A stretch of DNA of 64,000 bases. Source: Takakia lepidozioides (lineage: Eukaryota > Plantae > Bryophyta). Numbering within the stretch: the first letter of the stretch is position 1; each line of letters starts with the position of its first letter. The notes below the pieces were generated by a model. That model saw only the letters and a program-made list of their open reading frames with translations, ran no database searches and was not told the origin of the DNA. Below are positions 51,089 through 64,000 of this stretch, piece by piece. Location: NCBI GenBank assembly GCA_030704615.1, contig CM060734.1, positions 57,474,001 through 57,538,000 on the forward strand, read 5' to 3'. Made by a program: the position numbers and the translations under genes.

Positions 51089-54000
51089 GCTCTTGGGCTT
51101 TCAAGGATGCCATGCCCATGTGAACGTTGTTTGGGCACTATAAGTAGATCTGAGGACGGTGTGCGCACACATCTCCTTCACCACAAAAGACATTAAGCAT
51201 TTCGGGTGTGGATTGGAGATGGACCTGCAGACGAAGACGATGAGGAGTGGGCACAATTGGACAATGCACACCCACGAGGGAGCCATACAGACAGGCCAGA
51301 CGAGGACTATGTCATGGGTGTAGGACATGAACCAGGCATGGACGGAGGGGTGAGATTACTCGAATGTTGCAGGAAGCATTCCACATCATGGACGATGATG
51401 AGAAGGGGGACGGCGCTGCGACAACTGGGGATGGTGATGACGCAGGAAATGAAGGCATTCATGTGGGGGAAGGCGTGGAAGGAGGTGGAGATGGAGATGA
51501 GAATTCTGCACACATGACACTAGAAGAAGCATGTGTGCCACTGTACGAGGGATGCAAATCCACAAAGCTTGCTGCCACCATGCTGTTGATGAACCTGTGC
51601 ACAACCCACGGTGTCTCAGACCATTTTGTGGACGAGTTGTTCTCTTTGCTTCGGCTGAACTTGCTTCCACAACCAAATGAAATGCCAAAAAGCTGTCACA
51701 TGGCCAACAAAATGATTGGGAAGCTCGGCTTCAACTACGTGAAAATACATGCATGTCCAAAAGGACATGTACTTTTCAGAAGAGAGTACAAGGACGCTAT
51801 GGAGTGCCCCAAATGCGGTGCAGCCCGATACCATGATGTGGGCAGGTTACAACAGCCAGCCAAGGTGTTGAGGCACTTTCCCCTTATCCCCCGTCTATTA
51901 CGAATGTACAAATGCAAGACCATTAGTGAGCTCATGACTTGGCATTCCAGGAATGCCTCAAACGATGGTTTGGTAAGGCATGTCCCAGATTCCTTGCATG
52001 GAAGCATATAGATGCAACTTGGCCCGATTTCGCCGAGGACCCACGCAATGTGTGATTGGCTGTATCTACAGATGGAGTAAACCCATACGGATCAAAGAGT
52101 TGCACATGGTCCACATGGCCCGTGCAGTTGGTGGCATACAACCTGCCACCATGGTTGACAACAAAGAAATTCTTTGTCAAGTTGTCTCTCTTGATTCCAG
52201 GCAAGGAGTCCGTGACAAATGCAAACATAGATGTGTATTTGCAACCATTGATTGAAGAGCTACATGAACTATGGATTGGAGTTGAAGCTTACGACATTTT
52301 GAAATCAGTAGGGCAACGGAGTTTCACCCTCCGTGCCATACTTATGTGTCAATCCACGATTTCCCCGCATATGGCCTTGTTGCGGGTTGCAAGACGAAGG
52401 GCTACAAAGGGTGCCCCATTTGTGGGCCCTATGTGGATTCACGGCACTCAAAGCCATTAGGGAAGACAATATACATGGGGCATCGACGTTACCTTGCAAG
52501 AAACCACCCCTACCGACGAGCAGGAAGGCACTTCAATGGATGTGTTGAAAAGAGAATGGCACCAAATGCTGTGACACCGGAGGAGACATTGCAATTTGCA
52601 AAGGAGAAAGAGGCGTTCATGGAGATTGGAGGGAGAGAAGAAAGTAGTGCGGATCCAGCCATGGAGCACGGGGTGAAGCGCCGGACAATCCTTTGGGATT
52701 TGCCATACTGGAAGGTGCATGAATCCCCCCCCCCCCCTTCACTCACTTTCTTTCACATTGTGCTTCCTGGAATTACCTTTTACTGTCATGAGTCCTTCCA
52801 CCAACTCCTAAGTCAGTGTAACTACTATGCAGTAGATGTTGAAGTCGTACACCTCACTGTGGAGAGGATCGTGCAGTTATTGAAAGCAGAATGTAGTAAC
52901 ATGAACAACTTCTGCCACATATTCTACTATTTTTGCCCATAGAACTTGGTCTCATGGGAGGACATTTGGCATTTCAGAACCTCTTGCAGTGGTACCTCCT
53001 GGACCCCATGCATTGTGAGAAGAACTTCTGCGAGAACATTTTGAAGACTATCTTTGGGGAGAAGGATACGATAAACGTACGAAAGGACATGGAGATTGAG
53101 GGGATACGGTCCCATCTGTGGCTAAGGCCTGATCCAAATAGACCAGGCAAAGTGCTCATGCCAGCAGCATCATACGTTCTGACCAAATCAGAGCAAGAGG
53201 ATTTTTTGAAGACATTGGGAGCCATGAAAGTGCCAACCGGATTCTCGGGTGCTTTCCAAACGCATGCCACAAACAAGAAATGGTCGGGGATGAAATCACA
53301 TGATCTACACGTGACGATGCAACAGATTTTGCCAGTGTGCATTCGGGGTACGATGGCGCCAGGTCCTCGAACAGCCATAATGCGTGTAAATCGAGTGTTT
53401 AGGAAGATTTGTGCGAAGGTGTGGGATCCGAGGGACATTACATCGTTGCATGAGGATGTGGCTATGACCCTATGTTTGCTGGAGAAAGAATTCCCTCCAT
53501 CATTCTTTGACGTCATGACGCACTTGCTAGTGCATCTTGTAGAGGAGTTGCATGTGTGTGGGCCCGTAGCCAGCCGGTGGATGTACCCCATGGAGAGGTA
53601 CATGAAGGATCTGAAGGGGTATGTGCGCAACATGGCACGGCCAGAGGGGAGTATGGCGGAGGGCTACATCTGCGACGAAGCCCTGGGCTTCATGACAGAG
53701 TATATGTCTTCATTTGATGCAATACAACGACAGGTGTGGGACGAGAACGAGGAAGAAGGAGTTGTAGGCGAGGTCCTAGAAGGTGGTGGAACAAAGCATG
53801 CCATGAGCCCGCGCCTTCGGGATATGGCACATGATTATGTGCTGAACAACACAACAACCATGACACCATGGAGACAGTGGGTGTCAACTTACATCCCTCC
53901 TGTGCTATTCTTAATGGTCTTTGTATGCTGGAATTACATATATATTGTCACAAGTCATTCCGGCCACTATGCGAGTGGGATCGTGTACTAACAGGGTGCT

Positions 54001-55059
54001 TCAGACGACTACAGAGGGTGTTTCGTAGATCTTGGTTGTTGCTTGCAAGTGATTATGAAGTAGGCTGCATCACTACAGTGTGCTTGAAAGGACACACTCT
54101 GCATGTGGCATGCATGTACAGTACGGTGTTGGTCAGGGGGACTGAGTTGCAGCTTCTATTTGGTTTCTGCCAGAAAGTATGCAGCGGAGAAGGTCCGCCT
54201 GAAAACGGAACGGAGTGCATTTGCAAAAGCATGGCGGAGGGGCGGTCGTAGGCGCAGATCCCCGGTGGAGTTCCCCACAACAATGGAGGAGCTGCAGCCC
54301 TTTACAGTGTGGGTCAGATCTGCAATTGCAGTGTACGCATCAGAGAACGAGGACCTAGATGAGGGCATGGTGAGTCTGTCATTCCCCCCAGGCCTGATTG
54401 TCACTTCGTACCAGTCAATGAAAGCATATGGCAATCACTATAGAGTGGACGATGCCAACACCGGCCTCCTGGTGTCTTATGACAACGGAGTGGCATCATT
54501 TTTTGAACAAGAGAGTAGGAGCTGTGCACGAGATCAAAATCCAATTTCATGCCATGTGCAATATGTAGGAGTGATCAAAGAGATCCTTAAACTAGACTAT
54601 GGTCTTGTGAAGCCAATTCTATTCTGTTGTTCTTGGGTAAAAGCCAATATGGTAGGAGAGAATGCCACCATGAAATGGGATGAGTACGGGTTCCTCCTTG
54701 CTGATTTCAGAAAAATGCTACCACAAGATGAAGAGCCATTCATCTTCCCATCGCAAGTTGAGCAAGTTTTCTTTTCAGATGACACCCATGCGCTGGGATG
54801 GAAGGTGGTTCTTCACAAGGACCCCTGGGCCAAACGAGTCGTGGCCGACGTCCATGATCTGGACCTAGGGGAGAATGCCGACCACGAGGGTCTAAGGGAA
54901 CCACAAAATCTACCAGATACAGCTGAACCAGTCTCTTTGGAAGGAGCAGTTATCTTTAATGAGGAAGACATTCCAGGGTTGGTAATTACCGAGCGGCAAA
55001 TTGCAGATGTGGGCAGTGAAGGGGAAGATTCTTTGGATACGGATAGTGAGCCCAACTGA
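50987..55059 (+). pseudogene. CACTA TnpD transposase (transposase-associated, Transposase_21, DUF4218, DUF4216 regions)
   Basis: MPCPCERC; IHACPKGHVLF..C..C; STDGVNP; YNLPPW; DPMHCEKN; GMKSHD; FPPSFFDVMTHLLVHL; WMYPMERYM; EPFIFPSQVEQVFF. Introns about 52715-52977 and 53876-54172; several frameshifts. Confidence 0.93.
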
Positions 55060-55977
55060 ATCTCAGTGTCCATTAAGCTGGCAGCTCGTAGATGAGAGTT
55101 GTGCTAAGGACTCTTACTGTCCTTAGAACCCATGTACAGTCCTGCAAGCGCGCAAGGGCGAGACAGTTAATAGTATCGATAATGTCTTTGAATGTGGTCC
55201 GTACTGTCTTGTGAACAAACCTATATTTACAGTATGATTGTAGTTCAGAACCAAATGGCATATCCTTCAGCCTTGACGTCTTTGCGATCTTCTTCTGTGA
55301 CGCCTTCTTCATAACTTGAGAAATGGAAAAGCAGCTACACCTCAAATTATTGCAAGGCCACTCAATGGCACTAAGAATGTTTCGAGCATGCCGTTAGAAA
55401 ACTAGACGGGAAAACCCAATTCAGCAGCCTCACCTTGCGTGGATACTTGGGATTGATACCAGAAAGGCATGCCCGTATGCGCGCTGCATCGTGCCTCCAT
55501 CCAGCACATTCTGTAAATGTTGAATGAGCAAGACCCCGATGTTACACCCTTATGAGAAGCCACTACGCGCGCTCACAGTATACGAAGGCCTTGCCGTGTT
55601 AGGATTCGCATTCCTACGTCCCGCCATGTCCGACGAAGCACTTGCATCCCTGTCTTTGCCAGGTGGAGGCAGCACGTATTAAAATATCTATTCCCCCAAG
55701 GCCACATTTTGTTTACCTCTTTTTGTGAAAGCCACGTCAGCAAATGTGCTGCCGAATCATGGGTGCAATGAATGCACAGTGGTTCATGGAGTCGTTGAGT
55801 CGACTACATATTCACTTTAATGAATAAATATCTTTATTCCATTAATCGAATTAGGAAAGGAAATTTGTAGTCGCATGTGCAGTAATCACAACCATTTGTA
55901 ATTTTGGCCTTTTCAAATTTTATGTATTTACACAATTCGTAAAATAGCCCGGAATTCTGCTACGACTCCGGAGTCGT

Positions 55978-58460
55978 TGACCCCTCCGCCATACCATGCA
56001 TGTCATCCTGCTCTGCTGGAGGTGGCACATCCTCTGCATGGGCATTGCCCTCCAGTAACTCTCCAGGCCAACTAACTGCAGCTGTAAAGGCGGCTAGTGT
56101 TGGCATCTTGCCCCGTTGGGCAGCCGCAATACCCCCAATGAATGTCACAAGGAGCTGTGCACGACGACCATCCCCTGACTGCCATCCAAGCCTGTAGGAT
56201 GCTGACTCCTCCCAAAAGTCCAGGGTGAAGCCCATGGGATATAACACTGCCCCACCAACGAGGACATCGTAAGAGACCGCGTCTGTCACAATGGCCTTGG
56301 CTCGCATCACTGAGCCATCTACAGGATGATCTGCTTGTAGTCCAATGGCCAACTCACGCCGTGTCATGCCCCGAGCCTACTCTGATCCTCCCAGAGATGT
56401 ATGTATCTGGAAAGGACAAGGCTCCATATCCGCCTCCATGAGGCCCAAACCTGCAATAGCAGCTCTGGCCAACATCAGTGGCTGAGCTCCTGAGTCCAAC
56501 AAGACCCGCAGTGGCCGGTACTTCTTGCCTGCCGGTCCACTCAAAGATAAAATGTCATCCTGGTTGTCTAACAAGACAACTCCAGGTGTCACCATGGCGC
56601 GCTCAAAGGCTGGCCTAGCTGGCAGTTCCGTCAACCTGGCAGCTGCAGCTTGCCATGGCGCAGCCGTGGCAGTCTTGACCCTCAAATCTGAGGATCCCTC
56701 TGCCACTACACCTTCCAGTAACTCCGCAGAAGATGAAGTGACCTCCCCACTCTCACAGAGTGTTGCTGCTAGTCTGAACACTGCAGTTGGCCTTACCCCC
56801 GGCGTCGCAATCATGGTTGCCGAGAACAGTGGGGCTTGACACACAGAGGTGGCTGCCCCCAATAACACACCGGCTGCATTAGCCTTGGTAGCAGGTGTCA
56901 GTGCTGCACATGTAGCTCTCCCCAATGGCATAATAACCTCCGCCTCGGTAACAGTCGGGCAAGAACTAGGTGCCATGGATGGCGTCGACATAGTCTCCGC
57001 CAATGTGAATGACTAAGGAAGCCTCGCCTGACGGCTTGCCTCCCCACGCTGTGGATCCAATTCCACCTTTGCACCTCGTGGCTCAGGAACTCGTGCTGCT
57101 CCTCGAGTCACGGCTGCAGTAGACTCCACCTGCACTAGTGGTAGTGCTGCTCCGCACATGAATCACATGCCTCCCATATCTCCTCCCTCAGGAGCAGGAG
57201 GTGGACCATCCCGCCTGGGAGCTGGTACCGCCTGAGCTATAGCCATTGCAGCGAGCCTCTGCTCTAGCTGCTGAAGCCGGTTGGCCATGCCTTGGTCAAC
57301 ACCCTGACCACCGCGTCCTTGGCCATGTTGAGCTTGCCCTTGGCCTGCACCTCGTCCTCTCTGGGCTGGTCCACCTCGCCCCCGGCCACCATTGTTCCCT
57401 TGGAACTGGCCTGGGAGCAACTCAGGATGCAAGTCATAACACTGGGCATCTCCATGCCCATACTTGCCACAATGCCCACACTGCAACTGTGCAGGCTGTG
57501 CTTGTGCCGGCCTTCTGCCACTCTCTGGGCAATCTCTCTTGACATGGGGTCCTCCACATGTCCAACATATCACCCCTGGTTGCTGTTGGCTTGCAAAATA
57601 TGCCACGGGCCTCTGCACCTGAGGTCCCCTGTAAGCTCCATGGAACTTGGGTTGGGAAACCTTGCCCCCCTGACCACGCTGTTGGGCAGTCCCTTGTGCC
57701 TGTGGGCTGGCAGCTGCGCCTCGTGCAGGCATGTCCTTGCCAAATCCAATGGTAACAACTCGCTCCTCCACCATATTGAGCTCAATCCGCTCAGCCAGCA
57801 GAAACACATCTGCTAATGTGTGTTGGGCTGCTTGTAACAGGGTTGCATCTCGCACCCTTCTCTTGAGCTCCTTGTCCAGAATTCCATACCAAAACTGGAT
57901 TGCCTGAGCTTCAGTAACCCCTTGGGTCACACTTATCAAGCGCCTCATACGAGTGTACGCCTCTCGCAGGCTCTCACTGGGTTTGCGCTGGAAGTCTTGC
58001 AAACTTCGCAGCTTCTCTGTCCGTACACCTTGGTAGTTCCTCCGCAACTCCTGGAAGAACTCCACCACCAGGTTGAATCTATGCACATGTGTTGTAGTCG
58101 TGGCAGGAGGAGTAGTAGCACCTTTTGAACTGGTACCACCTGCAGAAGTACCGGCACTACTTGCTCCACTACTAGTGCTGGCAGTGGGAGATATTGGTAC
58201 TGATGCAGCTACTGGTCGCGTCGTGCCTCGAGTAATGGAGACGTAGTCAGGTGACCAATACATCCTCCACTCCTCAATCTCTACTTCATGTCCTCGCCTG
58301 AACTCATGGTAATCGTCCATAGGCGGGCCTTCCAAATGCTGGAACAGTCCCTTTCAACAGACAAAGGTGGAGGCCATTGCATGCATTCTATCGATGGAGG
58401 TTCCCGGCGGAAACCTGGTCATTCCACTTTGCAGGATGATCTCCATGCCCGCCGTTCGAC
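55978..58460 (-). mobile_element. Ty3/gypsy gag-(two zinc knuckles)-protease fragment
   Basis: LQDFQRKPSESLREAYTRM; CWTCGGPHVKRDC and CGHCGKYGHGDAQC; VLLDSGAQP. No RT or LTR seen. Confidence 0.8.
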
Positions 58461-58522
58461 CCGCATTAAACCACCATAATGTAACCACCATATGTAACCC
58501 GCATTGAACCACCATATGTAAC

Positions 58523-58880
58523 CACCATAATTGGCTATTGTTAAATCGACGACCAAATAATTAATCATCGAGTTTATAAAAAAATAAATATCTACATGCA
58601 GCTGCCAGACTTTACGGTCGCATCAGTTTCTTAAATAAGAAAATCAAAATTATCACAACTTATCTAAAAATACTGAATATTCTAGTGACCGCCAATACAT
58701 ATACTAAGAAAAATAAATATACGACTGTCAAATTTTGGCGGTTGCAGCTAATTTAAAAATACAAAACATTGAAGCGACCGCATCTACAAGTTTTGGTGGT
58801 CGCAGCTAATTTAAAAACATAAAACATTGAAGCTACCGCAGCTACAAGTTTTGGCAATCGCAGTTAATTGACTATTTTTA
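58523..58880 (+). mobile_element. Probable left terminus of a second CACCA(TAA)-type CACTA element with subterminal repeats
   Basis: CACCATAA start; repeated GCGACCGC/GCGGTCGC-like motifs; ~58-bp tandem unit at 58731-58868. Confidence 0.5.
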
Positions 58881-59559
58881 AGAAAACATGAATTTAAATC
58901 ATTACAATGCTTTTAATGCTAGTTATATCCACGTGTGTATGCCACCTCGATATCTAGGATAAAAATTAAATAATAAAAGTTAAACATTAAAAAAAAAATA
59001 CAAGAGATAACGTTCATTGTGGACGTATCGCAACATACATCTAGACGTGGTTTCCGACATGACGCATGACGTCATGTCCATTTAGATAACCCGATACGAA
59101 GCTTGCACAACCAGTTAACAAATATTGGCCATAGATTTGATCTCTTTTGTATGTTACAATTTGTAGTGAAGAATCCTGGGGGGTGCACTCTTTATAAACT
59201 GTGCGTATCACGTGCGTTCGTTGCCTAATAAAAAAGCCCCGTGTATACGGGTCCTTGGATAATTTATACCCCCTCTGTACATACTTTTTGAAGATTATAA
59301 AACCCCCTCCTGTAAATATACAAAAATTACAATTTTTAAAAAGTACCCCTTTCTGTATGTATATTCTCATTTTCCATCATTAAAAATAACTCTGCAATAT
59401 GTATATGTATGTTTTTATATTATATCGAATTTATTCATTTAAAATATAATAAAATCTAACCAATTAATTTAAAAAAAATTGCCTTTGATAAAGTTGTCAA
59501 AGACTTTTCGGTCATTTGCATCAAGTACATATGTGTTTGACTTGACATTGTACTTAAAC

Positions 59560-62458
59560 AGGGAGTGCTCAGGGGCCAACACTTGGTGGAAGAATCACCA
59601 CAACTACTACAGGTCCTCAAGGACCAGCATCAGCCAAAGGGCCAGCACCTGTCAGGGGGCAGGGTGTAGGGCCACAGATGGTGTTACAACCAACACGGGC
59701 AAAACCACATTTTCCAATATATTCAGGAAAAGGGGATCATGACGTACACATTAGCCAATTTGAGCACATGTGTATAGTGAACAATAGAAGGGCGATGATG
59801 CCTAGATGAGACTGTTTCCTTGTTCACTTATAAAGAAAGCCAGTGAATGGTATGCGAGATTCCTTGGTAATCATTTCCTAACCTGGAATGGCTTGAGTAC
59901 AGCGTTCCGAAATAGGTTCAGGACCAGTAAAACTGAGGATGAAGTGTATGGAAGTTTACAACAGTTAAAGCAAAAGAAGCATGAAACTGTTGAAGAGTAT
60001 ATGGAAAAGATGGAATTGATGATGAAAAAGCTGGTAGCTGTACCAGCACCAGGGTTACAGAAGGCTTGGTTTGTGAATGGACTAAGGCCGGAGTTGCAAA
60101 AGAAAGTGGACACGTTACCCCACAATACAGTGGAGGAGGCATTTGAAACAGCAAACAGAATTGAGCAGTTGGGAATGCTCAGGAGAGATAAAAGATATGA
60201 AGATGACTCTGAGGATGAATCAGATGAGGAAGAAGAGATGGAGCATAAGAGAAAGAGTAAAAGGAAGGAAAAGTTGAAGAAGGATAATTATGAGAAAAGA
60301 TTAGAAGAAATCTTGAAAAAGTATGTCACAGATGCTGCAACACATTGGAGGAAAGGTGTTTGGTGTGCAAAATGCCAGAATGAAGGCCACACCACCACTG
60401 AATGCCACATGAAAGAGAAACACTGCACTATCTGTAAAATGGATAATCATTCTACTAAGAATTGTTACTACAACAGAAGAACAACAGTAAGAGAACCTAG
60501 GCAAGTAAGAGTGCATCAAATGCAGCCCCAGCCAAGAAGAAACATTGATCAGGACCACTATGGTAGGCCTGGTGGTTATAACAATGGCATGGAAAGGAGA
60601 GGTAATCCAAGAGGGAATTACCAGGGAAATCCCAGAGGTAACTATCAGGGTAATCCAAGGGGGAAATACCAGCTAGGGAATCAGGATTACAGAAATAATC
60701 CCAGAACAGACCCAGGGCGTGGACCTAATGGGGAAGAACTGTGTTACTATTGTACTCAAGCAGGACATCGCAAGGCAGCCTGTCCGTTCTGGATCAGACA
60801 CCAGAATGAGGTGAGAGCTCCTGTGAATGAGGGGCCAGTGGTGGCAGCTCACATGGCTAGGCCATGTGTAGTACCAAAAGTAAATACAATGATAGTAACC
60901 AGAAGCAAAGCTAAATTAATACCTCCAATAGAAGAGGAAGATGGTGAGAATGAAGAGGGCAATGATGTGCCGGAAGATGATGAGGCATGGAGAGATGATA
61001 AGGAACTGCACAGAGAAGTGACGGATACCATAAGGGAAATGCAGAAGAGTACTGATATTCCTATGGCAGATTCCTCAGACTCTGAAAGAGAAGAGGAAGT
61101 AAGTGAGGAAGAAGGAAAGAAGGAAGCTGCAGTAGTGCAGAGTAAGGAAATGACTTTGGCTGAAGTGATATGCCAGTCCAAAGTGGAGATTACCATTGGA
61201 CAGCTATTGGCTGTGGCACCTTATTGTAGACACAGGTTGTATCAAGCAATCAATAGGATTGCCCATGTGACAGGGAACACAGACCTGAACAGCAAGGTGA
61301 CCAGTTATAATGTGAAGCCGGAAGGGCGAGAAACAGTCATGGACTTTGATGATTCTATGCCAGTAATCCAATTGAGAATTGGAAGCACAGAACTAATTGA
61401 TGTACTGATAGATGGAGGCTCTGGAATGAATATCATGACAGACCAATTGAGGCAGAAGCTTGGTCTAAATAACATGAAACCAGCCCCATTTACAGTAACA
61501 ATGGCAGATCAAAGGAGTGTTCAGCCATTGGGATTGATAAGAGGAGTTAAGATACAAATTCAAAAGATGATCTTTAATATCACAGTAACTGTGTTGAAAA
61601 TGGATGAAGTTATGGAAGCTTATTCCTTATTGTTGGGTCGACCGTGGCTGAAACAGGCCAGGGTATCCCATGACTGGAATTCACAGTTACTAACTGTGCA
61701 TGATGGATTGCACAAGATACAAATCACCACCAAGAAATCTAAAAGATTATCTGCTACGAAAAGACCACGAGGAGTCAGGGAGTATGACTGGAAAGAAGGA
61801 CTGGATGAGGAGCAGGAAGCTACCTGGTTCGCTGCACACCTAGAGTGGGAGCAAGGCAGAGATGCAATTAGAAGGGCTCAGTTGTTTAAAAAGTATCTAC
61901 TGCGGTGTAGTGACAGCAACACCAATTGAGGAAGAAACAAGCAGTTACCCACCACATTTCTATGAAGAAAGAGAAGGAGAAATGAAAATCCTAGAAGAAC
62001 CAGCCACTGTAAGTTTACAGGATGAAGTGGTGACTGGATGGACAATCACGGCTGATGAGTAGGTGAGGGAAGTGAATCTGGGAACTGAGGAGGAACCAAG
62101 GATGGTGAAGGTAGGGGCTGATTTGGAGCCAAAATTCTTTGAGGAAGCAAAGAGTCTGTTCATCAAATACAGAGATGTATTTGCTTGGAGCTACGAAGAT
62201 CTGAAAGGGATACCACCTGAGATCTATCAGCATAAGATTGAACTGGAACCAGGTTCAGTATCAATCAAACAGGCAAGATACAGAATGAATCCCAACTATG
62301 CACAAAAGGTTGGGGAAGAGATCAAGAAGTTGGCTGAGGCTAAGTTTATATACCCAATAGAGTATACAACTTGGTTGTCACCCATTGTGATAGTTCCCAA
62401 GAAGAATGGTAAACTGAGAGTCTGTGTGAACTACAAGAAGTTGAATGCTTGTACGAAG
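59560..62458 (+). mobile_element. Ty3/gypsy gag-protease-RT(5') fragment
   Basis: RLFPCSL..KASEWY gag; zinc knuckles; VLIDGGSGMNIM; LLGRPWL; YRMNPNY...WLSPIVIVPKKNGKLRVCVNYKKLN, then truncated. Confidence 0.9.
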
Positions 62459-62835
62459 TGTCAAGTTAAATAAGCACAGTGTGAAACTAACTAGAATAAA
62501 GCTAGTTATTTGTATTTAACACTTGGATTTAGGTCAAGTGTTAAATCAGGTGTCAAGTTTAGTTTGACACCTGAACTGTCTTATCTTCACGAGAGCGTCA
62601 GTCGCGCAACTCATCTCTCTCGAGTTGAGCCTGCGCGACCGAGCTCCTGCATCGTTTAGGACTGAGTGTTATTATGATGGGAGTATAGGTTGTTGTGGGG
62701 TGGAGTCCCCATAGCTTGGGGTGCCCCTGGCTCGACTTCTGTTTTAACGAGTGATAGCGATGGATTTCATGTTGTTTCTGGTGTGAACAGTGTGTCTCTT
62801 AGCTTGTTCTATCACTCGAGAGAGATGAGTTTGCA
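62459..62835. repeat. Cluster of inverted repeats at the truncation point; probable end of another element
   Basis: ATTTAACACTTG/CAAGTGTTAAAT; CAGGTGTCAA/TTGACACCTG; GTCGCGCA/TGCGCGAC; AACTCATCTCTCTCGAGT/ACTCGAGAGAGATGAGTT. Confidence 0.55.
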
Positions 62836-64000
62836 TCTGTGAGTGCAAGATGTGAGTTTAATTAGTTTTTAGCACTTGTGGGTTTTGTGTGAAGATGAGA
62901 GAGAAACACGAGGGTGCAATGGCAAGTTAGGCTTCTGTGTGTTGAAAGCGGTAACACGAAAGTGCATGGGTATTCTCCCTTTATAACGGTCACTGGCTGA
63001 GCGGCAGATTGAGAGCCGAGCATGGTGAAACGATAAGCATTATTGTTGTCTCGCAAGGCTGGGATGCAAGCCTTCATTGTCTTGGTGGTTAGAAGCGGAG
63101 GTGCAGCTGGTTACGCGAGTAGGTGGACCGTGGTCTTCGACTTCAGCTGCAGAGATAAAAATACCATGCTATAGGTAATTCCTAAGCAGACTGATGGTTT
63201 CAGACCTGCACATAGTGAGCAGCCAAGGTGTTGGACTGGTTGATGGGCTCATGTCTACAAGTCGTCGTGCCAATGTTATATCGGTACTGATGACAAACGA
63301 TTTGGTGAAGTTGTTCATGGCATATATCATGGTGTGCAATCAGTAAAGGCCGAGTTGAGAAGTTGGCTGGCTATCGTTGGTTTTCTTGGTCAGCGAGCAG
63401 GGACAGGCTGGCATGAAGGCAGATTGTGCCGTCGTTGGTTTTCATGTGGAATAGTTACAGCAGAACCGGTGGGAATATTTGTAGTCAAATAAGATCAACA
63501 AGCAAGTGAGGCTTGGTGATTATGCTTAAGGAATTCGATCTTGGACTTGGACGGGTTTGTAATAATTTTTATAAAAAAACGAGCATGGATGAACTGGCCT
63601 AGTGGCGATGGTGTTGTCCTCGATTAGCTGTGGATTGCAATAGGACAAGGAGAGCAAGAATAGGGTGATGAAGGGGTGCAGACAACGACACCTAGTTCCA
63701 TCAAGGCTTGGTTAAGGTCTCCAGGCCTCTTTGCATCCATCAACTGTGTGGCTAGAGCCCATAAAGCTTGACTATAGCTGATGTTTTGTTAGAAGATATG
63801 GCTCGCAGCCTGCAGAGAACACAAATAACATTGCCATCCACCACTGGGACTGCATGCTAGAAAGCCATGGAGGCGATGGCACCTGCCGTGTAGTTGCCAG
63901 TGTAGAAGAGGTTGAGGGAGAAGCCATGAAGCAGCGTCAGCCACGGTAGTTTGATCATCATCCTTCAACAAGTCGCTACATTCAGTTTCAGGCACTGCAG

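Larger units (their letters stand above)
42118..55975. mobile_element. CACTA/EnSpm-like DNA transposon; left terminus CACCATAAG, right TIR not found
   Basis: TnpD on +, TnpA-like on -, CGACT/AGTCG subterminal motifs at 42150-42215 and 55786-55978. Confidence 0.75.

Noticed and set aside
60595-60705. GNPRGNYQ peptide repeats as a separate repeat protein
   Set aside because: Ordinary low-complexity nucleocapsid region within gag.
1-64000. Numerous antisense ORFs of 60-220 aa in the ORF track
   Set aside because: Shadows of TE coding regions on the opposite strand, with no independent motifs.

Overview
This is a eukaryotic, transposon-dense window, most likely from a non-seed land plant (bryophyte or lycophyte type, inferred from spliceosomal introns and element families). 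From left to right: (1) 1-~17.9 kb, a large Mutator/MULE-like DNA transposon whose left end lies outside the window. It carries a GCM-like/DDE/SWIM transposase and, head-to-head with it, an intron-containing gene fusing a ParB/Srx-like domain to a beta-class N6A/N4C DNA methyltransferase fold, an architecture typical of phages and bacteria. The element has two sets of related palindromes, mostly centred on GTYRAC: 11 intronic copies and 11 copies phased at 42 bp near the right end. A young chromovirus LTR retrotransposon (7060-14017) interrupts the transposase. (2) A hAT-like MITE and an apparently intact Crinkler/RHS-type NTPase + REase gene (20.4-23.0 kb). (3) A near full-length APE-RT LINE (25.5-30.2 kb). 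(4) Decayed Ty3/gypsy fragments (32.9-38.5 kb). (5) A truncated LTR cut by a CACTA/EnSpm element (42.1-56 kb) whose TnpA-like gene contains an FCP1/NIF phosphatase domain and nested LINE fragments. (6) Further gag-pro(-RT) fragments and transposon ends (56-64 kb). The best candidate for an undescribed system is the ParB-methyltransferase-carrying MULE with its palindromic site arrays. All domain calls are by eye from motifs; no database search was run.
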